A stretch of 61,871 nt of DNA, filler included. It is 6 parts of 6 records of this genome, joined end to end, with 100 filler letters (N's around TTAATTAATTAA, not from the genome) between each part and the next. Parts side by side here need not be neighbours in the genome. Positions count along the whole stretch, not along the records: positions 53,193 to 61,871 come from SRR31156797_3392; 5 more parts are not named here. One strand, given 5' to 3'. Positions 58,331 to 61,871 of this stretch are shown piece by piece (the first letter of the stretch is position 1; the number at the start of each line of letters is the position of its first letter). Under the pieces are notes generated by a model, which ran no database searches, had not been told where the DNA came from, and saw only the letters and a list, made by a program, of their open reading frames with translations. The position numbers and the translations under genes were made by a program.

Positions 58331-58627
58331 TTAGTTTTTTAATAGTTTAAGATCCTGATTTATTCTTATATATCTTTTGACTCCAACGATTAAAATTACA
58401 ATTGAAGTTGCGATAAAAATAAATCCCAAAACTTTTATAAAAGACTGTTGAAAAACTTTTATAAAAGATATTCCGGCAACCATAAGACTTAGAAAAGTAC
58501 GTAAATATGCTAAAAAAGTACGTTCATTTGCAAGTATAGTCCTATCAGCTGCGAGTAAATCTCTTAAAACCATGTTATCTTTGTGCTTTTCGTATGCTGC
58601 TTCATTTTCCTGTTTCAGATTTTCCAT
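58331..58627 (-). CDS. DUF202 (YidH-like) membrane protein
   Basis: LRD.LA.DRT.LANERTFLAYLRT plus two TM helices. Confidence 0.88.
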   Translation of the reverse strand: MENLKQENEAAYEKHKDNMVLRDLLAADRTILANERTFLAYLRTFLSLMVAGISFIKVFQQSFIKVLGFIFIATSIVILIVGVKRYIRINQDLKLLKN

Positions 58628-58654
58628 AAAAAGACTCCCTATATATTAAAAAAT

Positions 58655-59701
58655 TTATTCATGCGATAAGTAGTTTCCGTTTGCATCAGTATACACTCTC
58701 CAGACAGCACCTAATACATCAATTGGAACATCAATCTTAAGTCTTTGAGCTGTGTGCATATTTAGCAATAAGTATGATTCTTGTGGATAGTCAGGTTTAA
58801 TATTTGTTATCTCCTGGCCATCAAGGATTTCATAACACATATTTAACCCCTGCAAAACGATGCCCATTGAGTTAATGGCTATTCCCATTAATGCACCATT
58901 CTCAACATTATTTTGCCAAAATGAAAAATGCGGTTTATTAACATTAGCATATTCCCATTGGAATTTTTGTATTCTATCATGTGTTTTTTTATCTTTTCTC
59001 GGTACTGGTCCGTCACAGATAATCCAGCCAACATCGGGATCATTATTGAACTCAAGTAATGCTTTTTGATAATCTTCGAAATATTCAAACTCTTCATAAT
59101 GTTTAACTTTTATCCCCAACTCTTCTGAGTCATTTTTCATTGATTCTTCGTCAAATAGGTTTGGTTGAACTAAAATGACGATCTCTTTTCCATTAAGCGG
59201 AGCCATTTTTTCTAATAAATAAACGGAGTTTCTATAATAATCTTTAGGCATAAGAAAAGTTCCGTTTACATTAGATTTTATTCTATCAGCACTTTCATTT
59301 AAGAAAACATATTTTCCGTTTTCTTTTTTCTCAATTCCACCGATTAAAACTACGGGAATCTCTGTCCCCAGAAGTGGAAGAGCGATATTATTTACCTGAA
59401 GTCCGTTTATAAAAACCACATCAGGCTTGATCTCTTTTATTTTTTTTATAATTTCAGGGCCTTTTCTATTTGTACCTTCCATAGAAAAAACAATAAAATC
59501 TGATGAAGTTTCATCCCAACCGTTTATTGCAAATTGTTCCTCAATAACTCCGGTGAAATAGTTAATAAAATCAGAATCATCATCTTTTACGAAAACAATT
59601 TTTTTCTTTATAATCTCCGCGAAACTCTGTAAATGAAATTGAAAAAACAAAGAAATTAAAAGTACACAAAAAAATATCCCTTTAGTAAATATTAATCCCA
59701 T
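58655..59701 (-). CDS. ABC-type substrate-binding / periplasmic sensor protein (ABC_sub_bind-like)
   Basis: signal peptide; IPVV..G, VENGAL.G, ILDG.....I......L.LN..TA..L.I..P..VL. Confidence 0.65.
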   Translation of the reverse strand: MGLIFTKGIFFCVLLISLFFQFHLQSFAEIIKKKIVFVKDDDSDFINYFTGVIEEQFAINGWDETSSDFIVFSMEGTNRKGPEIIKKIKEIKPDVVFINGLQVNNIALPLLGTEIPVVLIGGIEKKENGKYVFLNESADRIKSNVNGTFLMPKDYYRNSVYLLEKMAPLNGKEIVILVQPNLFDEESMKNDSEELGIKVKHYEEFEYFEDYQKALLEFNNDPDVGWIICDGPVPRKDKKTHDRIQKFQWEYANVNKPHFSFWQNNVENGALMGIAINSMGIVLQGLNMCYEILDGQEITNIKPDYPQESYLLLNMHTAQRLKIDVPIDVLGAVWRVYTDANGNYLSHE

Positions 59702-59844
59702 AACCCTCTCCCTATTAAGCGTATGGATATATTATAACCATATTAGAAGAAGAAGTCAACAGCTCATATTTTTCAATGTATTGCGTATATTATGATGGGA
59801 ATAGTGATAAAAAAAGAAACGAAGACATTTTTGTCAATCGTTTC

Positions 59845-60726
59845 TTAATTTTTTAAGTCATTGAGAATATTAATAAGTTCCATACGTTTTTTTATGTTAA
59901 ATTTTTTATAAACATTTGAAACATGTATTTTTACAGTATGTATACTGATATATAATTCATCAGCAATCTCCTGATTACTTTTTCCTTCACCAATCAATAG
60001 AGCAACCTCTTTTTCTCTATCGGTGATCTCAAGTGATTTGAATTTTTCCTCTATTGTAGTCTGTGAACTCTCTTGTGCAGGACTGGTATTTTCCTTTAAT
60101 TTTTCAATATCCCTGTATAGAGCTTTCATAATATAAACTATAAAGATTATATTAATAGTTAGAGAAAATTCGCTCTCTTCACCCATTTGAAATATAGGAT
60201 CAAGTATACCGTCTGATATAGCAGCGAGAATAAAAATAAAAAACCATTTTATTATACTGCTTTGTGTTTTGCTGGTCATCTTCTTTAAAGATGAAGGGAT
60301 GATGATGATTAAACTAATTATAATAAAAATGAATTCAGCATTTGATAAAATATCATAATAATTAAGTGGCGATTTAATTATAAATATATCAATTGTTCCC
60401 AGTAAAAATGTAACAGCTGAAATGATCGTCAGATATTTATATTTTTTATTTATATACTTTTTACTGATAATTTCATATAGAAAACATACTAGAAAATAGA
60501 GTGTAATTAAATCCATAACATAACTATATTTAAATGATGTTTTTTTTATAAATTCATTAGCTATAAATTCATTTGGTAAAAATGCAATTGCTGCAGATAG
60601 ATATCCTGCATTTATTAGCAATAGATCCAAAAAAGTTCTGTTTTTGTTTAATTTATAAGTTAAATAAGCTAAAAAACAGATTAAAACTCCTGTCGAGATT
60701 AATAAACTATAAAAAATTGCGTGCAT
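59845..60726 (-). CDS. membrane-anchored LuxR-family regulator
   Basis: several N-terminal TM segments; C-terminal ITDREKEVA.LI.EG.SNQEIADELYIS.HTVK.HV.NVY.K. Confidence 0.85.
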   Translation of the reverse strand: MHAIFYSLLISTGVLICFLAYLTYKLNKNRTFLDLLLINAGYLSAAIAFLPNEFIANEFIKKTSFKYSYVMDLITLYFLVCFLYEIISKKYINKKYKYLTIISAVTFLLGTIDIFIIKSPLNYYDILSNAEFIFIIISLIIIIPSSLKKMTSKTQSSIIKWFFIFILAAISDGILDPIFQMGEESEFSLTINIIFIVYIMKALYRDIEKLKENTSPAQESSQTTIEEKFKSLEITDREKEVALLIGEGKSNQEIADELYISIHTVKIHVSNVYKKFNIKKRMELINILNDLKN

Positions 60727-60742
60727 ATTCTAAAACCTTCCT

Positions 60743-61609
60743 CTATAAAATATTGAATAACTCTGTTCTTTTGTTAATGTTAAATTTCCTATAGATATTA
60801 TACACGTGGATTTTAACAGTATTAACACTGATACTAAGTTCGTCAGCAATTTCCTGATTACTCATCTCTTTTAGTATTAATATAACTATTTCTCTTTCCC
60901 GCTCCGTGATCTCATGTTCTTTTAGTATTTTTAGAAATTCAATTGATTGGAATCGATCAACTTTTTCACTGCTAATCTCTGGTTTGTTCATTACTCCTCG
61001 TAATCTGAAGCATATGTAAATTAACAATGGAAGACTAACTGTCATCTCTAAATTAAAATCAAAGCCCTCAGGAAAGAATGATTCGAATGCCGCCATTATA
61101 AATATCAATAATACAAAATAGATAATAAAAAGTATAACCAACGATTTCATTTTTTTATCTATTCTATCTATGAAGAATATCAGGATGATTAAGAGTTCCA
61201 AAATTAAAATAAAAGATAAACCTGCTGTTGTAAGTTCAAGAACTTCGTTCCCGATATTTGTTGTAAAGAGGTCAACTATAATTACAAAAAAAACAGTTAT
61301 TAACAAAGCTAAAGTTAATTTGTATTTTTTTTCTAATTTTTTATTCAAAAACATCTCGTATACGAAATAAAAAAGAAAAAGAGAACTTCCCATCTCAAAG
61401 AACATATCTAAATTTTTAGAAACGCGTATTATTTCTTTAGTTTTAATAAAATTTCCCAATAAAAAAAATGCAAGCGAACCTGTAGAAAGCATTCTTACTA
61501 CAAAAAAATCGAAGACATATTTTTTATCAGTAATTTTATAATAGATCCATAATGACATATTCAAAGTTAAACTAATTGCAAAAGTAAAAATATAAAAAAT
61601 CGTAAGCAT
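60743..61609 (-). CDS. membrane-anchored LuxR-family regulator (paralog)
   Basis: several TM segments; ITEREREIV.LI...MSNQEIADELSIS.NTVKIHV.NIY.K. Confidence 0.85.
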   Translation of the reverse strand: MLTIFYIFTFAISLTLNMSLWIYYKITDKKYVFDFFVVRMLSTGSLAFFLLGNFIKTKEIIRVSKNLDMFFEMGSSLFLFYFVYEMFLNKKLEKKYKLTLALLITVFFVIIVDLFTTNIGNEVLELTTAGLSFILILELLIILIFFIDRIDKKMKSLVILFIIYFVLLIFIMAAFESFFPEGFDFNLEMTVSLPLLIYICFRLRGVMNKPEISSEKVDRFQSIEFLKILKEHEITEREREIVILILKEMSNQEIADELSISVNTVKIHVYNIYRKFNINKRTELFNIL

Positions 61610-61871
61610 TTTCTCTCCTCAGATACAGTATCAAATAAGTATTGATTTTAAAGAGTTAATTATAAGTACTACTAAAGTATTAATCAGTATGACTAGTTAA
61701 ATAGTTCTTTAATTCGTACTAAAGTAAAATTCTAAACTTTGTACTTCAACTATATAATTATATCACATAATTTAGCGTGATTACAGAATATTCAGTTTAG
61801 CGTAAAAGATTTAAAACTTAATTAGAATTAAAAAAATATTCTGATTCGTTTTGACTTTAAAAAATATATAG

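Overview
This window is not one genome. It is six unrelated contigs joined by artificial N-TTAATTAATTAA-N spacers (16803-16902, 24863-24962, 36586-36685, 46056-46155, 53093-53192), so neighbourhood arguments only hold within a contig. Taxonomic labels are inferred from gene content and composition. (1) 1-16802, Bacteroidota-like: lipoproteins, ftsE, accessory genes, and a tyrosine recombinase lacking the IntI-specific insertion. The recombinase is followed by an apparent integron-like cassette array: an attI-like site, a 6.9-kb type I RM + Abi/HEPN cassette, an attC-like hairpin and a second cassette. Each cassette is bounded by its own GTT.../...AAC inverted ends. (2) 16903-24862, Desulfobacterota-like: adenylation enzyme, IS remnant, nitroreductase, acyl-CoA ligase and liv-type ABC transporter. 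(3) 24963-36585, Enterococcus-like: WxL surface-protein locus, an unannotated type I toxin-antitoxin-like locus, a GntR/ABC module, ~125-bp direct repeats flanking the last two, and a second 26-aa-repeat surface protein. (4) 36686-46055, low-GC anaerobe: LacI-regulated sugar ABC / PHP hydrolase / GH2 beta-mannosidase locus and an MCP fragment. (5) 46156-53092, Arcobacter-like: argG end, then an operon of M20 peptidase, RimK-like ligase, ATP-grasp-HhH fusion and M14 carboxypeptidase, then a gamma-carbonic anhydrase fragment. (6) 53193-61871, low-GC anaerobe: amino-acid ABC, REP doublet, AdhR-like MerR with glyoxalase genes and two membrane LuxR regulators. Best novel-system candidates: the non-IntI integron-like array (contig 1), the peptide ligase/peptidase operon (contig 5) and the type I TA-like locus (contig 3).
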